A stretch of 64,000 nucleotides of DNA from an uncultured Gemmatimonadaceae bacterium (GCA_963829055.1 CAWHHI010000009.1:128001-192000), one strand, 5' to 3'. Shown: positions 32,546-43,704, counted from the first letter of the stretch. Notes: generated by a model from the letters alone, not told the origin. A program made the numbers and translations.

Positions 32546-35536
32546 TGCGCGCACTCTCGGCGAGTCTCGTGGCGAACGCTCTGACAGGCGTTCTACTGGT
32601 CGCCGCGTGTGCGGCCCCGCCCGATGCCACGACCACCGCGCCGGTCGGGACCACACCAGCGGTGAGTGGGCAGGGCGTGCCGGTCGCACTTCCTTCCGGC
32701 GTCGATTCGTTGCTGCGACATGCCGACTCGGTCTACCTGCGCGCGCCCGACAGCTCGACGGCGTTGTTCCAGATCGCGCTCGATCGCGCGAGCGCGTCGC
32801 GCGATTCGGCCGGCATCGCGCGAAGCCTCACCGGGCTGGGACAGGCGGCACGACACGCCGGAGACTTCCGCGCGTCGCGCGACCTGAGCGAGCGTGCGCT
32901 CGCGCTGAAGCTGCGACTCGGCATGCGCGCTGATCTCTTCCGATCCTACAACGCGCTCGGCCTGCTCGCGCGCGATGAGGAAAGGCTCAGCGACGCATCC
33001 GCGATTCTTCCGAAAGCGGCTGAGGCGGCCCGGACCATCAACGATTCCGTAGGCCTGGCCAAGGTGCAGGTCAACACCGGGCTCGTGCTGAGCGACCTCG
33101 GAGATTTCGACGGGGCGCGCGCGGCGTCGCTCGCTGGACGCGATGGGGCGCGAGCGGTGGGCGACACGGTCACGTTAGGGAGGGCGCTGACCAATCTCGC
33201 GGCCCTCGACATCACACTTGGCAATCCACTCCCGGCGGTTGCCACGCTCGACGCGGCGCGGCGTCTCTTCCGTGCAGCTGGCGACTCGATCGGCTGAAGT
33301 GAATGCCCTGGGTCAGGTCGCTGCAGCGTACGACGCGTTGGGCGACCCGCAGCGCGCATTCGCGGCGCTGGATAGTGCGTTAGGCATGGCGCGCCGGCTG
33401 GCGATGCGGGTCGAGGAGGCGGCCGATCTCAGGATCCTCGCCGACCTGTACCGGGATGCCGGGTATTACCAGCACGCGCTCGACGTGTACGCACGCGCCG
33501 CCGCGCTGAACGACTCGCTCGGCAAGCCCGAGGAGCGCGGTGATCTCCTCCGCAGCGAGGCGCAGGTGTACTTCGCCCTCGGCGGAACGGCGCGCGCTCG
33601 TGGACGGGCGTCGGAGGCGTTAGGCGTTCATCAGAAGGGCGGCTTTCGCTACCCGGAGCTCGTCGACCATCTGCTGCTGGCGGAGCTGGCGCAGCACGAG
33701 GCGCGATCATCCGAAGCAGAGGCGCATCTGCGGTCGGCGCGCGCCTTGTCCGCGGCGCTCGCGGCCAGCACCGCGAGCGCGCAGGTGGCCCTGTCTGAGG
33801 CGCGCGTTGCCGACGACGCGGGTCAGTCCGAGCGTGTGCTGCGCGTGCTCGAGCAGTCTCGGGGCGTCCTCGCCCAGGCGGGGAGCGGAGCCGAGGCGGA
33901 AGCGTCGGCGCTTGCCGCGCGCGCGTATGCGCGACTCGGACAGCTCGACGCGGCGGCAGTCGCGGGGCGTCAGGCGGTCGATGCCGTCGAGCGCGTGCGC
34001 AAGAATTATGGATCGGGCGAGCTCAGGGCATCGTACGCGTCAGGCAGGGCGTCCGTGTACGCGGACCTCGTCGTCGTCCTGCTCAAGCTCGGCCGAACCG
34101 CCGAAGCCTTCGAGGTTGCCGACGCTGCGCGCGGTCGCGGGCTGCTGGAGCATCTGGCGACGTCGCGCACCGACGCTCGAACGGCGAGTGGTGCAGCGCA
34201 AACGCTCGCCGAATCCGAGCTGCTTCTGCGGCGCATCGACGAACTGATGGCCAAGCTGCAGGTGCGCGAGCAGACGGTCCCGCGAGAGCGCACGCCAGGG
34301 TACGTGGCGACCACGAAGGACCTCAACGACCGCCTTCGCCGGGCGCGCACCGAGTACGAGGAGATCCTCGCCCGACGCACGCCGGACGTGGCGGCGGCCA
34401 GGGCGCTGATCGGCGGCGGGCGTGCCGATGTTCGCGCCGTGCAGGCGAGCCTCGAGCCGGGTGAGCTCCTGCTCGAGTACTTCGTGACGCCGGCGCGGCT
34501 GTACATCTTCGCCGTCACGCGCACGGGCCTGACGAGTCTGACGAATGAGGTGACCGCGGACGGTCTCGCGGCGCGCGTGCGTGTCGCGCGCGACCTCATG
34601 GGGGACCGCGCCGCCGATGACGCGCGAACCCGTCGCGTGCTCGGCGCGCTTCACGCGATTCTGCTCGGGCCCGTCGCGGCATCGGGTGCGTTGCGCGACG
34701 TCCGCCGGATCATCGTCGTGTCGCACTCCGTGTTGACCTACCTCCCGTTCGCGGCCCTGGTGGATACCGCCACCGGCCGCTACGTGACGGAGGACTATGC
34801 GGTGGCGCACGTGCCGTCGGCGGCGGCGCTCCCGGTGCTTCGCGCGTCGGGGTCACGCGCAGTGCGCACGGTGGCAGCGCCGGCCGAGGTGTTCGCGCCG
34901 TTTCCCGATGCGCTGCCGGCAACGCCGGCGGAGGCGCGGACCTTCCGGCGGTCGGTGCCCGGAGCAGTGGCGCACGTGGGGAGTGCGGCGACGGAGGGTC
35001 GGCTGCGCAGCGCGCTCGCGTCGGGCGCCGTCGTGCACGTGGCGACGCACGGGGTGATGAATGCACTCAACCCGCTGTTCTCGCGGCTCGAGCTGGCGAC
35101 GAACGAGGCCGGTGCCAGCGACGACAACGGCCGGCTCGAGGTGCACGAGCTGCTCGAGCTTCACTTCGAGAGTCCGCTCGTCTTCCTCTCCGGCTGCGAG
35201 ACCGGGCTCGGCGCGTCGTGGTCGACGCAGTTCGAGACGGGGCAGGATTACACGACGATCGCGCAGGCGCTGCTCTTCGCCGGCGCGCGCAACGTGGTGG
35301 CAACGCTCTGGCGCATCGACGACGAAGGCGCCGCGGAGTTCGCGAGGAAGTTCTATGCTGCGCGGCAGACGCTCGGAGCGCCCGAGGCACTCGCGCGGGC
35401 GCAGCGCGAGATGATCACCGATCCGCGCTGGCGAAGTCCGTACCTGTGGGCGGCGTACGAGGTCAGTGGTGGAGGTCTCGAGGGGTTCCGTCCGTCACAG
35501 GCGTCAAAGATCAAAGTCTCGTTAGGAGTCCGTTGA
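32545..35536 (+). CDS. Lipoprotein-signal TPR + CHAT (caspase-like) protease; frameshift near 33295
   Basis: LLVAAC lipobox; TPR-like repeats (ARSLTGLG, SYNALG, ALTNLA); CHAT motifs LPFAAL, HVATHG (His ~35048), LSGCETG (Cys ~35195), VVATLWRIDD, PYLWAAY. TGATG overlap with the anti-sigma gene. Confidence 0.9.
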
Positions 35537-35613
35537 ACCGAGGTGATCGCGACTCGACCGAGTTGACTCGACGCACCCGAACCGACACACCAACGCACAC
35601 GAGGGAGTGCATC

Positions 35614-36678
35614 ATGCCCCGCAGATCGGACGGTTTCGCTTCACCTCATGTCAGGCCGGGTGTCGTTTCCGCTCGGCGGGATGCTGTTGCTGTGCGTGAT
35701 GGCTGCGTGCGTTGCCGATGAGCCTACGGCGTCGCGGCCGACTCCGGGTGTGAGCCTCGGGAAAGCGCCGCCACCGTCTGTCACCGTCACGTCCACCGAC
35801 CCGACGTACGCCTTTCAGGGCGACTCGGTGCTGACGGTGCACGTGAAGGGAATCGGGATTTACCGCGGGCGCACATACGTCGTGGCCGGTCAACGGCGAT
35901 ACGACGCACGTGCACGAGATCAGCACGACGTACGTGAGCCCGACGGAGGTCGTCTCGACGATCAAGGTGGACCTCAACGCGCCGACGGCGCTGTACGATG
36001 TCGTGGTGACGCTCGTTGGTGGGAAGAAGGGAGTGGGCGCGGAGCTGTTTGCCGTCAAGTCAGTGAACGAGCGCCAGCAGTTGCCGATCCCGATCGCGGT
36101 GACCGTGGACGACGCGGGCGCGCTCGGAGCCGTACAGGATTCGGAGCGACGGATTGGGTGAGTATGTCGACGGACAGCCGGGATGACGGCGTTTATCGAC
36201 CAATTCGGGAATCTGCAGATCTCGCCTAACAACGGCCAAGCGACGACGCCGGCACAGCGCAGCCTGGTCTTCGACTTCAGCGTGCCGGCCGACCCGCTCA
36301 ACACGTATCGCCCCGATGTGTCGGGTCAGACCAACTTCAAGATCCTGACGAACAATGTCGGGCTACCCGAGGATTCAGGACCTCGGGGTGAATGGCATTC
36401 CGTCTTCGGGGTGCTATCGCCTGACGTTCTCGTTCCGGAACGTTACGACGCACTATCCAGCGTCGATTTCAACACGAGCATCAACGCGCAGGCTGCTTTC
36501 GTGCTCATCACGCGAACCAGCGCTTCGACGTGGACTGTCGTGCCAGGATGCGTCGTGCGGCGCGCATCCGACCTGGGGCGCGTTCAGGAGCCAGGATCTT
36601 CACGAGCAAGAACGCGCCGGTCGTAGCCCCGTGGGAACTACAGCCTGCCGTTCTCGATACGGATTCGCGAAGTTGTAG
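35614..36678 (+). CDS. Lipoprotein with N-terminal IPT/Ig-like domain; multiple frameshifts
   Basis: LLLCVMAAC lipobox; VTSTDP..GDSVLTVHVKG..YDVVVTL..GKKGVGAELFAV; pieces spread over several frames. Confidence 0.6.
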
Positions 36679-37702
36679 CGGCTCGCGGTCGAAGCACCTG
36701 GGAAACGCGCGGCACCGAAAGACGGTGTCGCGCGTTCTTCGTTAGGCGCCGGCGGCTGAGGATCCGTGATTCCCGCCTTCACGAGCGCGAGGCCGAACGC
36801 CCATTGCCCGTCCGCCGTCGCAATGCTCAGCGCGCCCGCCCGCATTTGCTGGTAGATCTCACAGGAGCGAGAGCGTCGAGTCGAGCGTCTCCGCTCCGGT
36901 TGCACCGCCGTGCCCGCCCTGTCGCGCCAGGTGCATGAATGCCGCGCCGCAGAGCACTCCCACCACACGCCGGTCGTACACGAACCGCGCGGGAAGCGCA
37001 GCGAACGAATTGCCAGCGTATGCCGAGAGCAGCTCGACGGCAGGTTGCTTCATCCATGCGGAGGAACAGCGAAGCGGCCGCGAGATCGTAGTACGGATCG
37101 TTAGGCCCCGCGGTATCCCAGTCGAGCAGCACGAGATGCTCGCCGTCGTACACGAGGTTCGTCGGATTGACGTCGTTGTGGCTCAGCACCGGCGCGCGGT
37201 CGCTCGGCGTCGGGTCCTCCTCGAGCACGCGTCGCACGGCGTCGCTGAAGAACGCAGGCACGGCGAAGCCCGCCAGCGGTCCGTGCCAGATAGTCGCGAG
37301 AAACTCTCGCGGGTCCAGCGCATCCGCGTCGAGCGGCAACGGGATGTCGTGAATGCGGCGCACCGTCTGGCCAAGCAGCGCGATGGCCGCGTCGTGCGTG
37401 CGTGGGTCCCAGTAGTACGCCGGAAACGATCGGTCCGCGACGAACGCGCTCAGCACGGCGCGCCGATCCTCGTCGACGTGGATGATGCGCGGCGCCACGC
37501 CCGCGTCCGCGGCGAGTCGCTGGATGTGAAGCTTGCGACTCCATGCCGCGAGTGGTTCACCCTCGCGCGCGACCTTCATCACGAACGTCTGTCCGCTGGC
37601 GTCAACGCGATACACGCCCGCGCCGGAGAGTCCCGCGGCAATCTTCGTGATCGTGGTGGTGTCGCCGCGGAGTTCGGCGGGCAGGCAGGCTTCGAGGGTC
37701 AC
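36600..37702 (-). CDS. Aminoglycoside phosphotransferase/choline kinase-like protein; frameshifted, 3' end uncertain
   Basis: GLSGAGVYRV, HNDVNPTN, LLDWD, YYDLA. Confidence 0.8.
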
Positions 37703-37824
37703 GATTGACTCTGGCGCATGGTTGCGGTCAGCGGGCGTGGGTGCCTCATCCGTCGGAGGCAGACCTAGCTCGCCCGCGTTAGGACGAGGAGCGGTTTCAG
37801 GGCGTGCGCCGGGCTAGCGAAGAG

Positions 37825-38052
37825 CTACGCCGCCGGGTCGGCGATCAACCGACGTTCGCGGTCTGCCGCGAACGCGAGCGCAGCCCGGATGTCCTCGCGC
37901 TCAAGATCGGGAAAGTCGGCGAGGATCTGGTCCTCGCTCATGCCAGCAGCGAGGTAATCCAGGATGTCGTAGACAGTAATGCGAAGACCGCGGATGCAGG
38001 GTTTTCCGCTCCGCTTTCCCGGCTCTATCGTAATTCGCTCGCGGTAGTCCAT
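37825..38052 (-). CDS. DUF433 domain protein (antitoxin-like)
   Basis: ITIEPGKRSGKPCIRGLRITVYDIL...ILADFPDLEREDIRAAL. Confidence 0.92.
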   Translation of the reverse strand: MDYRERITIEPGKRSGKPCIRGLRITVYDILDYLAAGMSEDQILADFPDLEREDIRAALAFAADRERRLIADPAA

Positions 38053-38108
38053 TCCTGAGAGTACGGCCGTCGGAGGACGCAGGCAAGAACGGGCGCCCTT
38101 GGCTCCGC

Positions 38109-38281
38109 GTCATTCCGAGCGGAGGCTTGTCATTCCGAGCGAGCGGAGCGAGTCGAGGAATCGCGATCGTCCCGATAGAGGGCCCTCTACCGGGACGAGT
38201 CGCGATTCCTCGACTCGCCGCTTCGCGGCCTTCGCTCGGAATGACATGGTTCCTCGCCTGCGGCCTCCGCTCGGAATGACA
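38109..38281. repeat. Nested palindromic REP-like element
   Basis: GTCATTCCGAGCG at 38109 and 38129; CGCTCGGAATGAC at 38233 and 38268; inner arms GAGTCGAGGAATCGCGA/TCGCGATTCCTCGACTC around TAGAGGG-CCCTCTA. Confidence 0.85.
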
Positions 38282-38316
38282 CTGCTCCTTCCTATGGCCT
38301 CCTTCCTGAGGCCTCG

Positions 38317-39202
38317 TTAGGCCTCGTTGCCGATTGCCAGCGGATCGACATCGAGCGTGCCGTGACTCACCGGCCAGACCTCGCCCCTAACGAGAAGATT
38401 CCCATCACCATCCTGGACGACCGTGAGCTTGCTTGGCCGTCCGGCGAACCGCCCCTGCGCAATCTCGATCGGAACGCCTGCCTCAGCGAGACCGCGTGCT
38501 ACCAGATACGCCGCGGCGGGACCGGCGGCGCTGCCCGTCGCGACGTCTTCCACGAGCCCGAGGTTGTCCCACGTTCTCATCTCACGACCATCGACGGCGA
38601 GAACCAGTGGAAACTTTGCGCCTAACGTTTCGAGCTGCGATTCGAAATCGGTCCCGCGGATTTTCGCTCTCCCCAACGCCGCCGGCGAGAGAGGGACGAT
38701 CAGATACGGTAAGCCAGTGGAGATGACCTGGGCGTCCATTCCACTGGCCACATCGCTTTCGTCGAGCCCGAGCCGCGACAGGATCGGCGCCAACGCGCGG
38801 CTCGAAATGGGAGCCCCAACGACCGGCTTCCCCTGATTCATCTCGCACACGTAATGCGTGCCCACCTTCGTCGTCGTGACCGCAAGGTCGCCGTGCGGAA
38901 CCGAGATCACCCACGAGCAGAACTTCTTCACCGGGGCCTGAGTGCGGTGCAGTACCGCCGCTGCTCCGAGCACAGGGTGCCCCGCGAACGGCAACTCTTC
39001 CTCCACCGTGAAGATCCGCGCCTTCGCTCCCATAGCCGAGATGCTCGAGAGGAATATGGATTCGAATTGCTTGGTCTCCTGCGTCAGCCGTTGCATGACT
39101 GACGCCGGCCAACGCTCCGTGTTCAGGAACACGGTCAGTCCGTTTCCGGTGAGCGGGCCTGTCGCGAACACATTCGACGTGGAACAGCGTCGGAGATGGC
39201 AT
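38317..39202 (-). CDS. PhzF-family isomerase/epimerase; indel near 39172
   Basis: FHV(D)VFATGPLTGNG, FESIF, RIFTVEEELPFAGHP, EDVATGSAAG, QGRFAGRPS. Confidence 0.88.
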
Positions 39203-39235
39203 GGTGATGGTTATGGCCGCGAAGGCGGGGCCGAG

Positions 39236-39700
39236 TTATGCGCCGACGGTGGGCGACGCCGGAATCGCGCCGATTTGCTGCAGCAGCGACAGCACATCGA
39301 GGTGATGGTGGATCTCGCGGGCGCGACCATCGGCGATGGTGTGCCAGAGCGTCCCTCGTACGCGGATTCGCTTCCCCGACGGCGGCACCACGCCGCCGGG
39401 CGTCGCGAGCGGACCGCGGTGTGTCCCCTCCCAGAGGATCTCCTGCGCCACACGCTGCCCGCTGGCGACCGTCGCCTGAACGGTGCCGCGTGCGTCGGGC
39501 AGGGTCTCCTTCCATCCCTGGCAGAGGCGGACGTACTCGTCCGCGCCATCGACACGGCGCTGCGTCCCGGTCTCCTCGTACACGACATCGGGGTGCAGCG
39601 TCGCGCGCAGACGCTCCCAGTTGCCGACGTTGAACGCCTCCACTAACTCGGTGGCGACGGCGGTGGTGTCACCGGACTGCTTGGATTGCGTGGTCGTCAT
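39236..39700 (-). CDS. SnoaL-like ester cyclase
   Basis: VEAFNVGNWE, WEGTHRGPL, PPSGKRIRV, DVLSLLQQIG; GGAGGG RBS. Confidence 0.85.
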   Translation of the reverse strand: MTTTQSKQSGDTTAVATELVEAFNVGNWERLRATLHPDVVYEETGTQRRVDGADEYVRLCQGWKETLPDARGTVQATVASGQRVAQEILWEGTHRGPLATPGGVVPPSGKRIRVRGTLWHTIADGRAREIHHHLDVLSLLQQIGAIPASPTVGA

Positions 39701-39936
39701 GGCTCCCTCCTGTTGATTCGTGGCCACGAACGCCCGCAAAACGCGGGTGAAACAGCATGTGATTTCTCGCTGGACGCGGCAAGGGACACGCGCCCCGGGC
39801 GGCCTGAGCCGCGCCAACCGGAACCGCCCGCGTCCGCCGTGATGTGGCGCAGGAGTGCCCGAGATGGAGCCGTGACCGAGCGTGGCCACGAGCGATGCGC
39901 CCGCGCCGGCGGCCAATACCGGGATGGTGATCATTG

Positions 39937-42279
39937 CTACCCCTTCGGACGCAGCAGCTCGCGGAACGACGGCTGCCCACCGAGCAGTGCAAGGTCAATG
40001 TCGGTGTGCAGGTCGATGCCATAGCAATGGCCTCGCGCGAATGCGCCGCGGAGCGCGGAGATCGCCTGATCCGAGTCGCCGAGGATGGCGAGCACCCGGG
40101 CACTGCACACTAACTGGAGCCCGAACCGGAACCGCCCCTTTTTCGACTGCAGCGTCTGCAGCGTGCCCCTCGCCGTCACGTCGTCGCCGAGGCGGGCGGC
40201 GATCGTACCCGTTAGGCCGATGATCTCGAGGTCCTCCGGCAACTCGGCGGCGAGCTCGCGCGCCACCCTCGCGGCATTGGTCCACTGGCCGGCTTCGCAG
40301 TAGGCATGTGCGAGGGCGTGGCGATCACGGGCGCCGGGACGCCCGCCTGGTCGCTGCTGCTGGTCGGCGTACCATGCGATCGCTCGCTGCGCCAACGCGA
40401 TCGCTTCGGCCGCGTGACCATGCGCGCGCAGTTCCCGGGTCGCATCGAGCATGACGTCCCCAGCGTCCGCGAATCGATCCGGTGGAAACGCGCACGCCTC
40501 GTCGATGCAGCGACTCACGGCCTCGAGGTTCCCGACGGCCGCGTAGGCGCGGGTCTCGTACAGCACCGCGCTGATTGCTTCCGGGTGATGCGCGCGCCCA
40601 CGCTGCGCGGCCTCGAGCTCGCGATCGTGCTCGCCCAGCATGTGATAGGCTTCGGTCAGCCGACGCCAGTGCGGAGTCCAGGAGGGAATCCACCCCTGGC
40701 CGGGGTCGAGCCGCGTTAGGGCTTCGACCGCCGCCTGCGGATGATTGCAGAAGAGCGCCTGCCGGCCGAGTTGCGAGAGCACCTCCGAGTTGGGCACCTG
40801 CGCCGCCGCGAGCCGCACGATTCTGAGCGCCGCGCCTTGCTGGCCGTCGAGACACGCCGTGTAGTACTCGCACGCGAGCTTCTCCAATGTCGAGAGGTTC
40901 CCTCCACGGGAACGCGCGGTCAGCTCGGTCAGGATCGCCTCCGCCTGCTCCCATTCGCCGAGGTTGCAGCTCGCCTGCATCGCCCACAGCGCCGCGAACG
41001 TGAAGCCTTCGCGGGCGCGTGCGGCGCGGAGCAGGTGCGGAATTGCCGTGCGGAAGTCGCCGCGGAGATGGAGCTCGACGCCTAACGCCAGCTCGAGGTG
41101 CGCATCGACGTCCGGCGCCTGCGCGACGGCGTCAGCCAGCGACGCGAATCGCGGATCGAAGCGCCCTGCCAGCGCGCCGCAGACGCGCCGGCGCAGCTCG
41201 TCGGCCGCGTCCCACGGCTGCAGGCGCGGCGCGGCCACGTCGCCCACGGTGTCGAGCACGCGGCCGCCGGGGTCGCTGACCTTCGCCTGGAAGCACCACG
41301 AGTCCCCGCGGAGGAAGTATGAACCGGTAACGACGAAGCCAGCGTTTGGCAGCGTGGCGCCCAACCCGCTCGCGTGGTCCGTCGTCACGACGGCGACCGT
41401 CCGACTCCGGACGAGCCCCTCAGCGATGGCGTCGCACACCAGGCGCCCGACGTAGTCCGACGACGGATCGCCGCCGAGGTTCACCAGCGGCGCGATGGTC
41501 ACGCGCGGTGGATCCGGCGCGGCGGCGACCTCACTGGCAGCGTGATGAACGCCTGGGCGGGCCCGCGTGCGGATCGCCTCGATCAGCGCTTTCGTATCGC
41601 TCGCGGGCTCATCCCCCGTCGCGCGCTCGAGACGCTGCGCGAAGGCAGTGTAGGCCTCCAGCGCGGCCGCCGTGTCGCCCACGCGGTCCAGCAGCGTGAC
41701 CAGCTGACGCAGTCCCGCCTCGTCGTCGATGCCTAACGACGTAGCCCAGCGGGCGCTCTCGACTGCGCCCGCCGCGTCGCCTGCGCGCTCGCGTCGGTCG
41801 GCGAGCGCCCAGGCCGCCCGCGTAGCGCGTCGGCGAAGGAACACGCGCATGTCCTCGAGCCACCGATCGAACTCCGGCGCGCCCTCGAGGGCGAATCCGG
41901 GAAGCAGGTCGCCGCCATAGAGCGCCATCGCCTCGTCGAGCGCGCCGCGCGAGAGCGCCGCCTCGAACGCACGGGCGTCGCACCACAGGCGAGATTCGTC
42001 CGCAGCCAGCATGTCCGTGCCGCGCGACAGCACGACATCCGCGCCGAGCGCCCGCCGCAGCTGGTGTACCGCCTGACGCAACGCATTGCGAGCGCCCGAC
42101 TCGGTAAGCTCAGGCCAGAAGAGCGGAAGCAGGAGGTCGCGCCGCTGGAAGCCGGTCGTACCCGTCATCGCCAGGTAGGCGAGTAGCGCGAGTCGCTTGG
42201 GCTGTACGAGGACAGCCGTGACTTCGCACCCGTGGGGATCGCGCAGGTCCATCTGGCCGAGCACGCGCAGACGGAACAT
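39937..42279 (-). CDS. SARP/BTAD-type transcriptional regulator with TolB-N-like and TPR regions
   Basis: LRVLGQMDL, KRLALLAYLA, RRDLLLPLFWPE, ARNALRQAVHQLRRALG, LYGGDLLPGF, FDRWLE. Confidence 0.88.
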   Translation of the reverse strand: MFRLRVLGQMDLRDPHGCEVTAVLVQPKRLALLAYLAMTGTTGFQRRDLLLPLFWPELTESGARNALRQAVHQLRRALGADVVLSRGTDMLAADESRLWCDARAFEAALSRGALDEAMALYGGDLLPGFALEGAPEFDRWLEDMRVFLRRRATRAAWALADRRERAGDAAGAVESARWATSLGIDDEAGLRQLVTLLDRVGDTAAALEAYTAFAQRLERATGDEPASDTKALIEAIRTRARPGVHHAASEVAAAPDPPRVTIAPLVNLGGDPSSDYVGRLVCDAIAEGLVRSRTVAVVTTDHASGLGATLPNAGFVVTGSYFLRGDSWCFQAKVSDPGGRVLDTVGDVAAPRLQPWDAADELRRRVCGALAGRFDPRFASLADAVAQAPDVDAHLELALGVELHLRGDFRTAIPHLLRAARAREGFTFAALWAMQASCNLGEWEQAEAILTELTARSRGGNLSTLEKLACEYYTACLDGQQGAALRIVRLAAAQVPNSEVLSQLGRQALFCNHPQAAVEALTRLDPGQGWIPSWTPHWRRLTEAYHMLGEHDRELEAAQRGRAHHPEAISAVLYETRAYAAVGNLEAVSRCIDEACAFPPDRFADAGDVMLDATRELRAHGHAAEAIALAQRAIAWYADQQQRPGGRPGARDRHALAHAYCEAGQWTNAARVARELAAELPEDLEIIGLTGTIAARLGDDVTARGTLQTLQSKKGRFRFGLQLVCSARVLAILGDSDQAISALRGAFARGHCYGIDLHTDIDLALLGGQPSFRELLRPKG

Positions 42280-42450
42280 GGACGCCTCGCGAGATGACGG
42301 TCTCGAAACGTGCGGTTGACGCCGCCCGGCGCATGGCGTGTGGCGAACATACGAGTGCCTACACCCCCGTGCAACTTCGCTGCGATGATAGAAGACGGAC
42401 GGCGTGACTGAGTTCCGCCACGCCGCCCGTGTGATCGTCGGCCTTCCGAT

Positions 42451-43704
42451 CTACTGTCGTTCGGCGATCACTTCGCCGCGCGAGATCGCGAGATGGTAGG
42501 TCACGTTCAGTGACTTCGCGGCTTCACGAGCGAGGATCTGGTGGCCCGCCGCGCTCGGGTGAACGCCATCGAGCGAGATGAACGGACCGAACGGCTCGTC
42601 CGACGTCAGCAGCGTCGTCGCGCTGAACGGCGACTTCAGGCCACGCTGCCCGTACAGCGGCTCGAGGTCGAAGAAGGCAAAGCCATTCTCGGCCGCGACG
42701 TCCCGGATATGCGCGTTCATCTCGACCAGCTGCGCTTCCAGCGCGCTGACATCCGCCGGGGTCAGCACGTAGTCCTGCGTGCCCGGGACGTCGGCACAGC
42801 TCAGCGTGACGGCCGGCTGTCCCGCGATCGCTGCCGCGTACGCGCCGACGACTTTCGCGGGAACGTAGATGAGGTTCTCGCTCCCGCTCCCGGCGCAGTC
42901 CGCACTCACGAAAATGCCGAACTGGGCGAGCTCCGCTCGATTGGCGTCGAGCTCCGCGCCACGCCGCAAGCTCGGGAAGTTCCCGACGTCGGATAGCAGT
43001 CCGACGAGGAGCACCTTCGCGCCCGCGGTCTTCACGCCAGCGATGAGCTGGTCGTACGCGGGCCGCCACGCAGCCGTCGGGACGATCGTTAGGCCGGGGG
43101 CCACGAGTCCGGAGCGCGCCCCGAGCACCTCGTTCACCCCGAACTCCACGGAGACGAGGTCCGGCTGCAGGGCGAGCATCGCCGTGAGCTGCGTCTGTCC
43201 GGCGCCGAGCACGCGGCTGTAGAACGCCCCGCGGAGCGGCCACGATGCCGGTGGTGGCGACTGCGGCGTGGTCGCCAGCGCGTTGGCGGTGATCGCTTCG
43301 GAGATGGCCAGGTTCTGCGTCGGCGCGACGATTCCGTTCACGAGTGGCGTGCAGACGCTGCTGCGGACGAACGGGGATTCGCCATTCACGCGTCGGAGCG
43401 ACGCGAGCGGCGATGCCAGCGGCGGCTGGCAGCCCGCTGCCTGCATCAGAGGTTGGGAGAAGGGCACACCGGCGAGCGCCGCGAGCTGCGCGGGCCAGGA
43501 TTGCGCCTGATCGGCGCCAACGACGCCATTCGACATCACGCCCATGCTCAGACTGGTCCCCATGGCGACGTAGGTGCCGACGCGAGAGTGTTCGCCGAAG
43601 CTGAAGGACGGCGGCTGACGCGTTGACGCGGATGTCGGGTCGGTCGCGGCGTCGGCGCAGGCGGCGACCAGCGCCAGACACAAGAGCGGAAGTGTGCGGG
43701 TCAT
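42451..43704 (-). CDS. SGNH/GDSL-family hydrolase lipoprotein
   Basis: LVAAC lipobox; YVAMGTSLSMG, EFGVNEV, DGVHPS. Confidence 0.85.
   Translation of the reverse strand: MTRTLPLLCLALVAACADAATDPTSASTRQPPSFSFGEHSRVGTYVAMGTSLSMGVMSNGVVGADQAQSWPAQLAALAGVPFSQPLMQAAGCQPPLASPLASLRRVNGESPFVRSSVCTPLVNGIVAPTQNLAISEAITANALATTPQSPPPASWPLRGAFYSRVLGAGQTQLTAMLALQPDLVSVEFGVNEVLGARSGLVAPGLTIVPTAAWRPAYDQLIAGVKTAGAKVLLVGLLSDVGNFPSLRRGAELDANRAELAQFGIFVSADCAGSGSENLIYVPAKVVGAYAAAIAGQPAVTLSCADVPGTQDYVLTPADVSALEAQLVEMNAHIRDVAAENGFAFFDLEPLYGQRGLKSPFSATTLLTSDEPFGPFISLDGVHPSAAGHQILAREAAKSLNVTYHLAISRGEVIAERQ

Noticed and set aside
33292..33300. Selenocysteine or readthrough at TGA in the CHAT gene
   Set aside because: The protein continues in a different frame (EVNALG), so this is an indel rather than readthrough.
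31107..35536. Type III-E CRISPR (Craspase) locus
   Set aside because: No cas7-11 or other cas gene and no array in the window; the CHAT protein has a lipobox.
36827..37702. Aminoglycoside resistance gene
   Set aside because: Only generic APH/choline-kinase motifs and no mobile context; the substrate cannot be assigned.
38317..42279. Phenazine or polyketide biosynthetic cluster (PhzF, SnoaL, SARP-like)
   Set aside because: No core biosynthetic genes nearby; these families commonly occur alone.
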